Virus record (IMG/VR): IMGVR_UViG_3300009095_000028
Coordinates: 1-41,809 of that record
Source: a virus
Lineage: Duplodnaviria > Caudoviricetes
Length of the DNA stretch: 41,809 nt
Reading direction: 5' to 3' (one strand)
The notes beneath the pieces were generated by a model. It was given only the letters and a program-made list of their open reading frames with translations, was not told the origin of the DNA and did no database searches. The position numbers and the translations under genes were made by a program. Below are positions 17,801 to 27,112 of the stretch, piece after piece (position 1 is the stretch's first letter; each line of letters starts with the position of its first letter).

Positions 17801-18871
17801 AAGCGCCGTCCGGTTCTGATCGTTGAGGCGGCGCTGCGCCTGCGCGGCGCGGTCGGTCGCCGTGCGGCTCTGCACGAGCCCTCGCGTGTTGACGCCTCGC
17901 GTCTGCTGCAGGCGCTTGGCGACGTTCGCCGCGCGCTGCTCGATCTCGGCAAGGCGGGCCGTGGCACGCCGCTGCAACTCGATCTCGCGGACTTCGCGGT
18001 CACGGTTGGCGACCTGACGGGCGGCCAGTAGGAGGCGCTCACGGCGCTCCAACACGGTGTTGAGGCGCTGCTGGATTTCCAGCTCGCGCGCGGCGCCCGC
18101 AGCGCCAAGCTCGATGTCGCGCTGACGGGTGAATGCCGCGATCGAGTCGGCGCGCTTCTTCGCGATGCGCTCCTGCTCGGCGGCAGCCTGCCGGGCAGCG
18201 GCGGTAGCGCGCTCGGAGGCAGCGACCTCCGCGGCAGCGCGGCGGCGCACGGCTGCCTCGATCTCCTTCTGCCGCGCGACCTGCTGTTCCTCGGCGGTCT
18301 TGATCTCGCGGAGGGCCTGCTCGCGGCGCTCGAACGCACCGTTGGCCTCGTCCAGCGCGCTACTGACGTTCTCCTGCAGCGACTCGACGCGACGCAGCGA
18401 CCCGGCGAGGTCTTCCACGTCGACGCCGTACTCGCGTGCCTTGTTGGCGGCGCGGTCAAAGCTGGTCTGCTGCTTGTTGAGCAGCTTCGAGGACGAGTTG
18501 ACCGAGCGGCCAACCTCCTTGATCGCCTTGTCGATGTCGCCGAGGTAGTTCCCCGACGACTGGATGCGACGCAGCTCGGCCAGCTCCGCGCGGTACTTGT
18601 TCAGCGCGGCCGTGGTTTGCGCGATCTCGGCCTGCTGACGCTGCAGGGCTTCGATGTCGCTGCGGCGCGAGTTGAGGTTCGCGGCCGCATCGGAGAGCAG
18701 CTTTTGCTGCCCCTTGAGTTGCTTGACGGCGGTAGCCGCGATCGTCGCGGCGTCCTTCTGCTCGCGCAGCTTGGCGTTGAGCGCCTCGATCTCCTTGGTG
18801 ACCTCCTCGATCGACCGCTTCGAGAGGTCGCGAGATCGGATTCGGAGTTCAACGTCAGCTTGCTTCGCCAT
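14822..18871 (-). CDS. Tape measure protein
   Basis: 1349 aa, Ala/Arg/Glu-rich helical; [27 protein letters not shown] tape-measure domain; C-terminal RYHSGG...[13 protein letters not shown]. Confidence 0.92.
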   Translation of the reverse strand: [1349 protein letters not shown]

Positions 18872-19208
18872 CAGTCAGCCTCTTGAGTAGCTCTTGGAAC
18901 TGCTTGTTCGCGGGGCGCTGAGCCCCCTTCTTTGAGTAGACCGACTCGACGATGGCGCTCATGGATGCGTGGGAGAGGCTGGCGTGCAATGCCATGCGTT
19001 CCATCAGCCGCTCGCGGACAATTCTCGCCTCCCACCACAGCCTTACGAGCGGATACCGCGGTGCGTGGATGTGTCCCTCCGAGAGCAGGAGGGACACGTC
19101 ACGCCTCAGTCCGTAGAGCCAGTGGACTTGGTCTTCTTCGTCTTCTTGCCCCCTCCGGTTTGCGGTGCCGCCGGGGTTGCGCTTCGCAGCACCGCGGCTA
19201 CGTTTCCC
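18855..19208 (-). CDS. Tail assembly chaperone -1 frameshift extension (gpT part of gpGT)
   Basis: Frame is -1 relative to gpG and open from slippery G GGA AAC (19208-19202) to the stop at 18855. Confidence 0.75.
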   Translation of the reverse strand, partial: GKRSRGAAKRNPGGTANRRGQEDEEDQVHWLYGLRRDVSLLLSEGHIHAPRYPLVRLWWEARIVRERLMERMALHASLSHASMSAIVESVYSKKGAQRPANKQFQELLKRLTDGEAS

Positions 19209-19606
19209 ACGAACTTCTTGAAGCCTTCGGCATCCTCGAACGTCAGCCGAGCGATCTCGATCAGAGCCTCGGTCTGCTTCGGCAAGGGCAGCCGACGCGC
19301 GTTGGAAAGCTGGTCCGGCTCATCGCACGCCACGGCGATGATGTTCGCAGCCAGAAGTGGGAAGGTCTGAAGCAGACCGGCGATCATCCCGTCGTCGTCC
19401 TGCGCCTTCTTGACGATCGACTCGGGGGTGATCTTCTCGCCGGAGGTCTTGTTCGGCCGGAACATTTCGACCACCGCATCCATATCGTCGCTGTGTACCG
19501 AGACGAGGAAGGACACGTCCTCCATGCCGAGCCCGCGGACCTCGATGGAGTTGCCTCCACCGAGGTCGATCTTCTTGCGGGGTGCTGTGTAATCGCTGAG
19601 TGCCAT
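19106..19606 (-). CDS. Tail assembly chaperone (gpG-like)
   Basis: Start re-called at MALSDYTAP; lies between major tail and tape measure genes. Confidence 0.8.
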   Translation of the reverse strand: MALSDYTAPRKKIDLGGGNSIEVRGLGMEDVSFLVSVHSDDMDAVVEMFRPNKTSGEKITPESIVKKAQDDDGMIAGLLQTFPLLAANIIAVACDEPDQLSNARRLPLPKQTEALIEIARLTFEDAEGFKKFVGNVAAVLRSATPAAPQTGGGKKTKKTKSTGSTD

Positions 19607-19647
19607 AGGGTTCTGCCCGGTTGTTGGTGGAGAGGAGGCGCGGCCGG

Positions 19648-20421
19648 TTACTGAGTGACCGGCTGGCCGTTGATGTACATCGCCTCGGTGTTGTCGTCCT
19701 TCTTCAGCACCTCGAAGGCGAACCCGAGCTGCTGCCACTCCTCGCCCGACTTCAGGGCGAAGTCGCCGTTCGGCTGCAGCGAGACGTAGGGGAAGAAGTA
19801 GTCGAACTTCTCGCCCTGCGGGTTGGTCGAGATGTAGCGCAGCGCGCCCTTGATCTCGGCATCCGCGGCGGTGACGATGCGGGTGATGGTGGCGGCAGCC
19901 ACGTCGAAGGTGACGGTGACCTCGGAGCCCTCGGTGATCGAGCCGCCCTCGACGATCTGCACGCGACCGGAGACGTTGTCGACGATGAAGTCGGTCCCGG
20001 CCTCGGCGCCGTCAATGGTCACGTTCTCGACGTTGCGCACGCCCTCGGGCCGCTGCGCGGTGGTGCCGAGCTGGTAATAGTAGCCCTGCTTGACCGCCGG
20101 GAAGGTCGAGGTCTGCCCGGTCTGCGCGGCCTGCGACAGCTTGGCGGTCTGACCGAGGAAGAACATCGCGAGGTTCTCGGGCGAGATGTTCTCGGTGATG
20201 AGCGAGCCGGTGCGCGACAGCTCCAACAGGACGGAGGCGTCCTTCACGCGGATGCCCGCGTCGTTGTCGAAGTGGTCGAGGGCCTCCGACTCAGAGGTCA
20301 CGTTGAACTCCATGGTGTCGCCGAAGTAACGCTCGCCCTGCGGATTGAGGGTGCCCTGCGCGAAGGCATCGAAGAACACCCGGCCCTTGCCGAGCGTGTA
20401 GTTCTTGGTCATCAGAGCCAT
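19648..20421 (-). CDS. Major tail (tube) protein
   Basis: NYTLGKGRVFF...GERYFG, GALRYISTNPQG and PNGDFALK motifs; strongly biased codon usage. Confidence 0.85.
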   Translation of the reverse strand: MALMTKNYTLGKGRVFFDAFAQGTLNPQGERYFGDTMEFNVTSESEALDHFDNDAGIRVKDASVLLELSRTGSLITENISPENLAMFFLGQTAKLSQAAQTGQTSTFPAVKQGYYYQLGTTAQRPEGVRNVENVTIDGAEAGTDFIVDNVSGRVQIVEGGSITEGSEVTVTFDVAAATITRIVTAADAEIKGALRYISTNPQGEKFDYFFPYVSLQPNGDFALKSGEEWQQLGFAFEVLKKDDNTEAMYINGQPVTQ

Positions 20422-20462
20422 GATGTGTCTCCGTAAAGTGGTTGGTACGACTGGCGGTTGAG

Positions 20463-21014
20463 TCAGGTGTAGGCGTAAGGGTCGTTTACCCGCTCGGTGA
20501 ACTTCAAGATGACACGCATCCAGAAGAACGCTTTCTCGTTCGGGTGCTCTACGGGCCGAACGGTCCCCGGCTCGATCTCGATGTCATTCACGAGACCGGC
20601 GAGGTAATAGGCGCGGAGGGGCGGCTCGCCCTCCATCTCGATCGTCAGGCCGTCATCGAGGGCCTGCTGAGTGAACAGCTTGGCGACGGCCTTCTTCACG
20701 TCGGCCATCAGCTCATAGGCGGCGTCGGTCGGGTAGCGCGGGTCTTCCTCGACCCACCCCTGCACCAACAGCACCCACCGCTCGTTTGCCTTGGCGTTGC
20801 CGGAGTTGTCGTTGCCACCTCCCACGAGGCGGCCGCGATCCGGCAGCGGCGCTTCGAGGATGGACACGCACGGCAACGGCGTCGCGTCGGTGATGTAGCC
20901 TTGGCCGCGAATCAGCTCGGCGATGTCGTGCTTGTAGCCGTTGGCGAGGGTGACTTCCTGCACGATCCACTGCGAGAGCAGCTTCAAGGTGCGAAGGCGC
21001 TTGCTGTCTTTCAC
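20463..21014 (-). CDS. Tail terminator/completion protein (gpU-like)
   Basis: ANGYKHD, LPCVSILE and PTDAAYELMADVKK motifs; position before major tail gene. Confidence 0.65.
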   Translation of the reverse strand: MKDSKRLRTLKLLSQWIVQEVTLANGYKHDIAELIRGQGYITDATPLPCVSILEAPLPDRGRLVGGGNDNSGNAKANERWVLLVQGWVEEDPRYPTDAAYELMADVKKAVAKLFTQQALDDGLTIEMEGEPPLRAYYLAGLVNDIEIEPGTVRPVEHPNEKAFFWMRVILKFTERVNDPYAYT

Positions 21015-21685
21015 TTATTGAGCCTCTCGAACTGGCGCACGAACTCGGACTCGACGCGCGTGGATACCGGCCCTTCGATGTCGACGGCAACGTCGTCGAA
21101 GACCTGCGCGACGGACGGGCCGTAGAGCATGTACATGCGACCGGCGCGCGGAGAGCGGCGGTTCTCGCCGAATTCGTAGTCGCCGAAGGTGTTGACGAAC
21201 TCGCGCTTGTTGATCGACTCGCCGGGCTTGAGCCGCACGGCGAGGCCGACGTTGAAGGTGTCGTCGTCCAGCACGCGGCCGGCGCGCAGGCGCATCAGCC
21301 ACGCGCCCGGCATCGTCTTCGCCGAGCCCTTGGCGCTGACCTTGACCCGGACGGGGCGCCCCGGCGTGCGCTTGCCGAGCGTCTTGCTGCCGACCACGAA
21401 GCGGGCCAGAGAGGTCGGGCGCTCGCGGCCGCGGATGACCGCTTCCGGGTCGCCGGGCTTGGCATACTTCGTGATCTTCAGCCGGTCGTTGCCGCCGGAC
21501 GCAGCGGAGCCGAGGTAGCGCGCTGGCAGGTTGACCTGCTCGCGGATGCCGCGCGAAGCCGCCGTATGCGCGTAGCGCACGCCCGCATTGACGGCCAGTG
21601 TCTCGGCCTGCTCGATCGTTTCGGGTAGACCGTGCAGGCGCTCGATGATGGAGTCCAGACCGCGGGTGGTGATCTCAACCGTCAT
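21011..21685 (-). CDS. Minor tail/neck protein (lambda gpZ-like)
   Basis: Basic protein with RPTSLARF and LYGPSVAQVF motifs; start re-called at MTVEITT (ATGA overlap). Confidence 0.7.
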   Translation of the reverse strand: MTVEITTRGLDSIIERLHGLPETIEQAETLAVNAGVRYAHTAASRGIREQVNLPARYLGSAASGGNDRLKITKYAKPGDPEAVIRGRERPTSLARFVVGSKTLGKRTPGRPVRVKVSAKGSAKTMPGAWLMRLRAGRVLDDDTFNVGLAVRLKPGESINKREFVNTFGDYEFGENRRSPRAGRMYMLYGPSVAQVFDDVAVDIEGPVSTRVESEFVRQFERLNK

Positions 21686-22011
21686 GCCGGCTGCACCTCG
21701 CACGTCCAGAACTCGGAATCCTTGTCAGGGATTACATTTGTAATCCGGTACTTCGGGCCGCTCGCGAACTCGATCACGCCGTGCTGCCGCGGGATGATCT
21801 CGCCGGAGTCGACCATGACCTGATTCACGTCGTCGATGACCTGAGCGAAGCCGTCGCTCTCAAGGTCGCCGTAACGCAGGAACTTGGTGTGGAGGCGAAT
21901 CCGGGCCGCAACCGGCGTCGCGCCAGCCTCGGGTGCCAGATAGGTAGCTTCGCGTGCGAACGTGCTGTGTACGACACGCTTGGCTGAGGCCCGAATCCGC
22001 TCCCACGACAC
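21682..22011 (-). CDS. Head-tail joining protein
   Basis: 109 aa, position downstream of capsid genes; GGAGG RBS. Confidence 0.6.
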   Translation of the reverse strand: MSWERIRASAKRVVHSTFAREATYLAPEAGATPVAARIRLHTKFLRYGDLESDGFAQVIDDVNQVMVDSGEIIPRQHGVIEFASGPKYRITNVIPDKDSEFWTCEVQPA

Positions 22012-22016
22012 GCCCC

Positions 22017-22376
22017 TTACCTCCCCTTGCCCTTGTTGCTCTTGTTGCCCTGCGCGCGGTTGGCCTCGGCCTCCGCGGCGACCTGATCGGCCGGGGACTC
22101 GATCTCGCCGAAGTCATCGACGACGGGCTCGCCAGCGCGGACGGCCTCGGCACGACGCAGGTTCGCCTCGCGGCGAGCGGCATCGGTCTTCTCCAAGTCC
22201 TCGATCGCTTCCTTCAGCGGCTTCACCGCGTTGATCTTCGCGAAGTGCTGGAAGTTGTCATCATCCAGCTCGAACGGCTTGCTCGACTGGCGGCGGTACT
22301 GCGCGTTGCCCTCGTGGTCAATGTAGCTGAGGTCGTGGAGGGCGATGACCTCGTGCATCTTGGTGGCCTTTGCCAT
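22017..22376 (-). CDS. Hypothetical head-associated protein
   Basis: 119-aa ORF right after capsid gene with GGAG RBS. Confidence 0.65.
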   Translation of the reverse strand: MAKATKMHEVIALHDLSYIDHEGNAQYRRQSSKPFELDDDNFQHFAKINAVKPLKEAIEDLEKTDAARREANLRRAEAVRAGEPVVDDFGEIESPADQVAAEAEANRAQGNKSNKGKGR

Positions 22377-22395
22377 GGTGCCTGTCTCCGTGCAG

Positions 22396-22424
22396 GAGGG
22401 AGCCCGGCGAACCGGGCTGCCCTC
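22396..22424 (-). other. Stable UUCG hairpin after capsid gene (no U-tract)
   Basis: GAGGGCAGCCCGG-TTCG-CCGGGCTCCCTC on - strand; possible mRNA stabiliser or weak terminator. Confidence 0.5.
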
Positions 22425-22448
22425 ACGTGGGGGCTCGCTGCGCCGCTA

Positions 22449-23489
22449 TCAGGCGACGTTGAGAACCTTGGCGGTCAGCGAGGCGTTCGGACGACGCGGG
22501 ATCATCAGCGGAGCCGACTGCGTCATCAGGTACAGGGTGGACGGGTCTTCCTGTTCCCACATCTTCGAGAACATCGGGGTCGCCACCCAACCCGCACGGC
22601 GGTCCATGATGGCGCCGAACGCGCGCACGCCGTCGACAGCCGGGGAGGTCAGCACGACCGAGTCTTGGTCGAGGAAGTTGACCATGTTGCCGTTCTCGTC
22701 CTCGTACACGTCGTTGTACGTGTAGACTTCCAGACCGCCCGCGCTATCAAGGCTCATGCGGTACTGCCACGGCTCGCCGTTGCCCGGACCGATCTCGCCG
22801 CGGGTGACCGAGCCACGGCGGGTCTCGAACAGCTCGCGCACGGCCGGATGAGCAGAGAACGCGGCCCACGCGTTCAGCCCCATGGTGATGCGGGTCGGGG
22901 TGTATCCCGAACGGCGGTGGAGTTCCTGCAGCCATGCCTCGATGTCGGCGACGGGGTTCGACCCCTCCTCGCTCCAACGGTCGGTGCCCGTCAGGTTCTT
23001 GGACAGCTCGGCGTCGCGGCCGAACGAGACGGTGACGGTCGGGTAGTCCGGGCCGGAGACGGTGACCGAGCCCTTGATGAGCGCCTCGGCAGCCATCCAC
23101 TCCCAACGACGCTCGATCGAGGTGCGGTGCATGTTGAGGATGTCCGCCACGATGGCGTCCTCGCGCTGCTGCGGGGTCATCTCGCCGAGCCACGCTTCAC
23201 CGGCACGGCGCTGCAGCAGGCGGGCCGGATCGACCGGGTCTTTCGGCTTGATGTAGGCCGGCTTGAAGCGCCGGGTCATGTAGCCGTCCTCGCGCATCGG
23301 CACGCCCTGCGCGGTCGGCGCCACGAACGGGGCGAGGCGGCGATGCGTGTCGACCACGTCGAAGTCGATCTCCTTCGTGTCGAACGTCAGCACGCTCGGG
23401 AAGGCGAGGTTCAGCCAGTAGTTCGACGGCGGCTGCAGGGTGCGCATCACCTTGCCGAGCGTCACGGTGTCGTAAATGCTGATTGCCAT
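22449..23489 (-). CDS. Major capsid protein (lambda gpE family)
   Basis: 346 aa; RLAPFVAP, FKPAYIKPK, RRWEWMAAEAL and YLMTQSAPL motifs. Confidence 0.92.
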   Translation of the reverse strand: MAISIYDTVTLGKVMRTLQPPSNYWLNLAFPSVLTFDTKEIDFDVVDTHRRLAPFVAPTAQGVPMREDGYMTRRFKPAYIKPKDPVDPARLLQRRAGEAWLGEMTPQQREDAIVADILNMHRTSIERRWEWMAAEALIKGSVTVSGPDYPTVTVSFGRDAELSKNLTGTDRWSEEGSNPVADIEAWLQELHRRSGYTPTRITMGLNAWAAFSAHPAVRELFETRRGSVTRGEIGPGNGEPWQYRMSLDSAGGLEVYTYNDVYEDENGNMVNFLDQDSVVLTSPAVDGVRAFGAIMDRRAGWVATPMFSKMWEQEDPSTLYLMTQSAPLMIPRRPNASLTAKVLNVA

Positions 23490-23548
23490 TTTCTAGTGTC
23501 CTCGATGGGAAGTGTGTTGGGTGCTTCCTGAGACGGCGCGGGTGCCGG

Positions 23549-23935
23549 TCAGTACAGCTTCCGGTGGGTGATGTCGGTACGGTCGAACGCGGCGCGCTTC
23601 TGTTCGTCGGTCGCACCCTCCGGCCACACGAGCGCATCGGTGTTGAAGTAGCCGGCCACGTAGATCGCGGCCTCCATGTCGGCGCCGGTCGCGTCGACGG
23701 CGTAGCAGGTCACGCCGATGGCGTCCTGCGAACCGTCCTCGCCTGCCGGGTTCCACGCGACCACCTTGCCGGTCGCGGCGACGCGGGCGACGACCGCGTA
23801 CTGCGGGACGACGGTGTCGGCCAAGAAGATGACCGGGGTGGTGTTGAAGTCGCCGTCGCCAGCGCGCAGCTTCGGCGGCGTGTACACGTCGACGGTGCCG
23901 CTCGCGGCGATGTGGATGTCGTTGGTGTGTGCCAT
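23549..23935 (-). CDS. Head decoration protein (lambda gpD-like)
   Basis: VAWNP..DGSQDAIGV and YVAGYFNTDALVWP motifs; between protease and capsid genes. Confidence 0.85.
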   Translation of the reverse strand: MAHTNDIHIAASGTVDVYTPPKLRAGDGDFNTTPVIFLADTVVPQYAVVARVAATGKVVAWNPAGEDGSQDAIGVTCYAVDATGADMEAAIYVAGYFNTDALVWPEGATDEQKRAAFDRTDITHRKLY

Positions 23936-23998
23936 CTTTTTGTTCCTCGCGGAAAGGGTCTGATTGACTGCTGGTGGTGGAGCCTACTGGCGGTTGAG

Positions 23999-25255
23999 CT
24001 ACTCGCCGCCGTTCAGAGCGCGGTAGTTCGCGCTGATACGCGCCGCCACGTCCTGTTCGGTGACCTCCGCGCCCTCGACCGAAGACATCTCGGGGTGCTG
24101 GTCGTTGTCCATGGTCCGGGTGAACGCGTCACCCTTCGCTTCGGCCTGCGTCGCCTTCGGGGCGGCAGCCAGCATGGCGGCGGCATCCTCGGCGCTCATA
24201 TCGGTGTTGAAGGCGATGTGCTCGGCCAGTTCGCGACGACCTTCGGCGGCCTCGCACTTCAGGATGGACGAGATGCGAGCCTTCTGATCGACAGTGTTTT
24301 CGGACACGGTGATGTTCTCCTCGGCGTTGGGTGCGGAAGCGTTCGTGTTCGCTTCCGGCGTGGTTGCGGTAGACATTGCATTACCTCCGGTCGAGTTGGT
24401 AGAGCCGGAAAGCTCCTTACGGAACGCCGCCAGCGCCGAGATCGGCTCTTGGACAGCGTCAATGAGCCCGATCCGCTTGGCCTCGCTGGCGTCATAGGTC
24501 AACGCCTGCGTGGCCTTTACGGCATCGGGTTCGAGACCCCGGTTGCGAGCAACCAAGGAAACGAACTCGTTGTACGAGCGATCGACGCTCGCTTGGAATC
24601 GAGCGCGGGAAGCCTCGTCCATATCCTTGTAGGGCGACCCATCAACCTTGTGGTCGCCCGCGTAGATCAGGTTGACCTCGATGCCCATCTGCTCCAACGC
24701 CTTCTTGTAGCTGACGTGCATCATCACCACGCCGATGCTCCCGGCGCCGCCGCTCGGGGTCGCGACGATGTTGCCGACCGCGCTGGCGAGGGAGTACCCG
24801 CCCGAGTAGCAATGCACGTCGACGAGCGCCATCATCGGCTTCGCGGCGCGGTTGTTGAAGATGTGATCGGCCAGCTCGAAGTTGCCTGCGACCTGCCCGC
24901 CCGGCGAGTTCACGTCGAACACGATGCCTTCCACGTCGGGGTCGGCGATCGCAGCGTCGAAGCGCGAGCGGATGTAGTCGTAGCCGGTCGCGCCTTCCCA
25001 CGAGTAGTTGTAGCGGTGGAGCAACACGCCCTGCACCGGGATGAAGGCGATCCCGTTGGAGAAGACAAACGGCTTGGACCGATCGGTGACCGAGAAGCCG
25101 TAGGCTGCCGCGCACATCTCGTCGTAGGGAACGTCGTCCTCGCCCTGCAGCGTGGAGTCGCGCACGAGGTACTCCATCCGGTGCGCCGCGTCAGGGGACA
25201 GCAGTGTCGGCTGCTCGTTGAACCGCTGCGCGAAGCCAGAGGCGTTGATAATCAT
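23999..25255 (-). CDS. S49 prohead protease with C-terminal scaffold region
   Basis: DVNSPGG, CYSGGYSLAS, GSIGVV and GDHKVDGSPY S49 motifs; ILKCEAAEGRRELAEHIAFNT scaffold segment. Confidence 0.9.
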   Translation of the reverse strand: MIINASGFAQRFNEQPTLLSPDAAHRMEYLVRDSTLQGEDDVPYDEMCAAAYGFSVTDRSKPFVFSNGIAFIPVQGVLLHRYNYSWEGATGYDYIRSRFDAAIADPDVEGIVFDVNSPGGQVAGNFELADHIFNNRAAKPMMALVDVHCYSGGYSLASAVGNIVATPSGGAGSIGVVMMHVSYKKALEQMGIEVNLIYAGDHKVDGSPYKDMDEASRARFQASVDRSYNEFVSLVARNRGLEPDAVKATQALTYDASEAKRIGLIDAVQEPISALAAFRKELSGSTNSTGGNAMSTATTPEANTNASAPNAEENITVSENTVDQKARISSILKCEAAEGRRELAEHIAFNTDMSAEDAAAMLAAAPKATQAEAKGDAFTRTMDNDQHPEMSSVEGAEVTEQDVAARISANYRALNGGE

Positions 25256-26892
25256 TCGGTGCTGCCCTCGTCGTTGCCCTCGCCGCCGCGGTAGGCGCTG
25301 TTCGTGCCCGGCTTGGTCGGCTCGGTGTTGAAGGAAAGGTTGTATTCGTCCATGTATCGCTGCTCGCGGCCCAACTGGCGCATCGTGACGCGCCAGTCCT
25401 TGCCGAGCCGCGCCATCTCGTCTTCGCGGGTAGACAAGCCCGCGTTGATGCGCAGCACCGCGGCCTGCGTCTCCTTCAGCTCGTCGATCTGGCCGCGCGA
25501 GGCGCCGATCCAGTCGCAGCGGGTGTACGCGGCCCGGTTGAGCGGGTTGTCGTACATGCTCGGCGCGTTGCGCGGCAGGGAGGTGATGATCTTCTTGTTG
25601 ATCGCCTCCTCAAGCCACAGGCTGAAGATGTTCGTGGCGAGCCGGTCCGCGACGATGCGCTTGCGCGATTGCATGTACTTCCACGTCTCGGACATCGAGG
25701 CGCGGGCCGAGGCATAGTTCGTCTTCGTGTAGTCGCGCGTGAACTGCTCGTAGCTCAGGCCGAGGGATGCTGCGATGTGGCGCAGAAGCGATGCCTCGAA
25801 CTCGGTGCCGACGCCTCCGGGCGTGCCCATGGAGTGCAGGTTGAGCTTCGACCCGGCAGGGAGATGCGGAATCTTCGCGCCGTCGATAGCGATGCTCGAT
25901 GCGTTCTCGTAGTAGGCGTCGAGGGCGGCCATGTACTGCTGCATGTACGCCATCGTGCCGCCCGCCGACGCTCCGGCGCCCGCGCCGATCAGCTCGTAGG
26001 CGGCCTCGCGCGGCAGCTCGGATTCGAGCGTCGCGGCGTAGGTCGCGTTGATGACGGCGTTCTGCAGCGTGATCTCGTTGAACCGCTTCGTCATCCGCAT
26101 CTCTTTGAGCGTGGCGACCATCTCGGCCACGCCGCGCGTCTGACCGGGACGCATCTGCTCGATGATGTGGATGACCTGCGGGCGCCCCCACGGTTTGCGC
26201 GCCGGGACGTGCTTCCAGCGGTAGCCATTGGTCGACAGGTGCAGGTCGTTCGGATAGCCGAGACGGAACCAGTAGCCGGTCGGCTCGCCGAAGCGGTCGA
26301 TCTCGACGCCGCGGCGCAGGCGCTCGGTGTCCTGCCGGTCATCCGGGTTGCACAGCAGGTCAGGGTCTACGAGCTGCACACAGGTCGAGAACGGGCGCGA
26401 TACGCTCCGCTTCCACTCGGCAGTGGCGACGATCTCACCCGAGTGGACGAAGGTGCCGAGGCCGAGCCGGATGATCCCGGTGAAGGTGTTGCGGCCCGAC
26501 GCGTCCGGCCAGCAGTCGATCGACTCGCCCCACAGAGCGAACTTCGACTCGACCTCCTCCTGAAACTCCTCGGACCACGTCTCGTCCAGCCCGAGCGCCC
26601 GGTAGTCGGGGCGCGAGTTGAGGATGAAGTGCGACCCGACGATCGAGTCCTTGTGCGTGGCGACGGCGCCCATCATGTAGCCGTCGTTGCGGATCAGGTC
26701 GCGGGCTCGCGCGTCGATCGTCTGCTTGTCGAGGTTGATCTCACGGTCGGGAGAGAAGATCGGAGCCGACCAGCGTGCCGTCTCCCTCGCGATCCGGGAC
26801 GCGCCTTCGTAGGCACCTCCGAGTGCATGTACAACCGGAGGTTGACCTTCGGCCGTCAGCTCGTCGGTAACGTCGGGGGAGGTATCGGTCAT
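25252..26892 (-). CDS. Portal protein (lambda family)
   Basis: ARARDLIRND, RPGQTRGV, DYTKTNYASARAS and IDELKE motifs. Confidence 0.92.
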   Translation of the reverse strand: MTDTSPDVTDELTAEGQPPVVHALGGAYEGASRIARETARWSAPIFSPDREINLDKQTIDARARDLIRNDGYMMGAVATHKDSIVGSHFILNSRPDYRALGLDETWSEEFQEEVESKFALWGESIDCWPDASGRNTFTGIIRLGLGTFVHSGEIVATAEWKRSVSRPFSTCVQLVDPDLLCNPDDRQDTERLRRGVEIDRFGEPTGYWFRLGYPNDLHLSTNGYRWKHVPARKPWGRPQVIHIIEQMRPGQTRGVAEMVATLKEMRMTKRFNEITLQNAVINATYAATLESELPREAAYELIGAGAGASAGGTMAYMQQYMAALDAYYENASSIAIDGAKIPHLPAGSKLNLHSMGTPGGVGTEFEASLLRHIAASLGLSYEQFTRDYTKTNYASARASMSETWKYMQSRKRIVADRLATNIFSLWLEEAINKKIITSLPRNAPSMYDNPLNRAAYTRCDWIGASRGQIDELKETQAAVLRINAGLSTREDEMARLGKDWRVTMRQLGREQRYMDEYNLSFNTEPTKPGTNSAYRGGEGNDEGSTE

Positions 26893-27110
26893 CAGAAAAG
26901 TGCTCCTGCCGGGCCGCGGCGACGCGGCGTGGTGCCCGCGGCAATCTGGCGCCGGAGTTCTTCGATGTAGGCGGCCAGTCGGCCCGCGTTGGCGGCGGTG
27001 TACTCGACGCGCTCGCCCGACGAGTCGACGACCACGCGGACGGCGCCTCCGATCATCAGGTCGTGGTAAGCCGCTTCGGCTTGAACCAGTTTTTCAGCCA
27101 GAGTCGCCAT
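26892..27110 (-). CDS. Head-tail joining protein gpW
   Basis: AEAAYHDLMIGG.VRVVVDSSGERVEYTAAN..RL.AYIEEL gpW signature; start re-called at MATLAEK. Confidence 0.85.
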   Translation of the reverse strand: MATLAEKLVQAEAAYHDLMIGGAVRVVVDSSGERVEYTAANAGRLAAYIEELRRQIAAGTTPRRRGPAGALF

Positions 27111-27112
27111 GA

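Noticed and set aside
15860-18031. 723-aa + strand ORF antisense to the tape measure gene
   Set aside because: Shadow ORF expected from high-GC3 codon bias; no recognisable motifs or RBS
21674-21684. CTCAACCGTCA at the start of the gpZ-like gene, identical to 11 bp of the 33894 site
   Set aside because: Second half-site absent and it lies in coding sequence; not counted as a motif copy
21954-26970. Long + strand ORFs (525, 603 and 433 aa) antisense to head genes
   Set aside because: Same antisense shadow effect; they fully overlap well-supported structural genes
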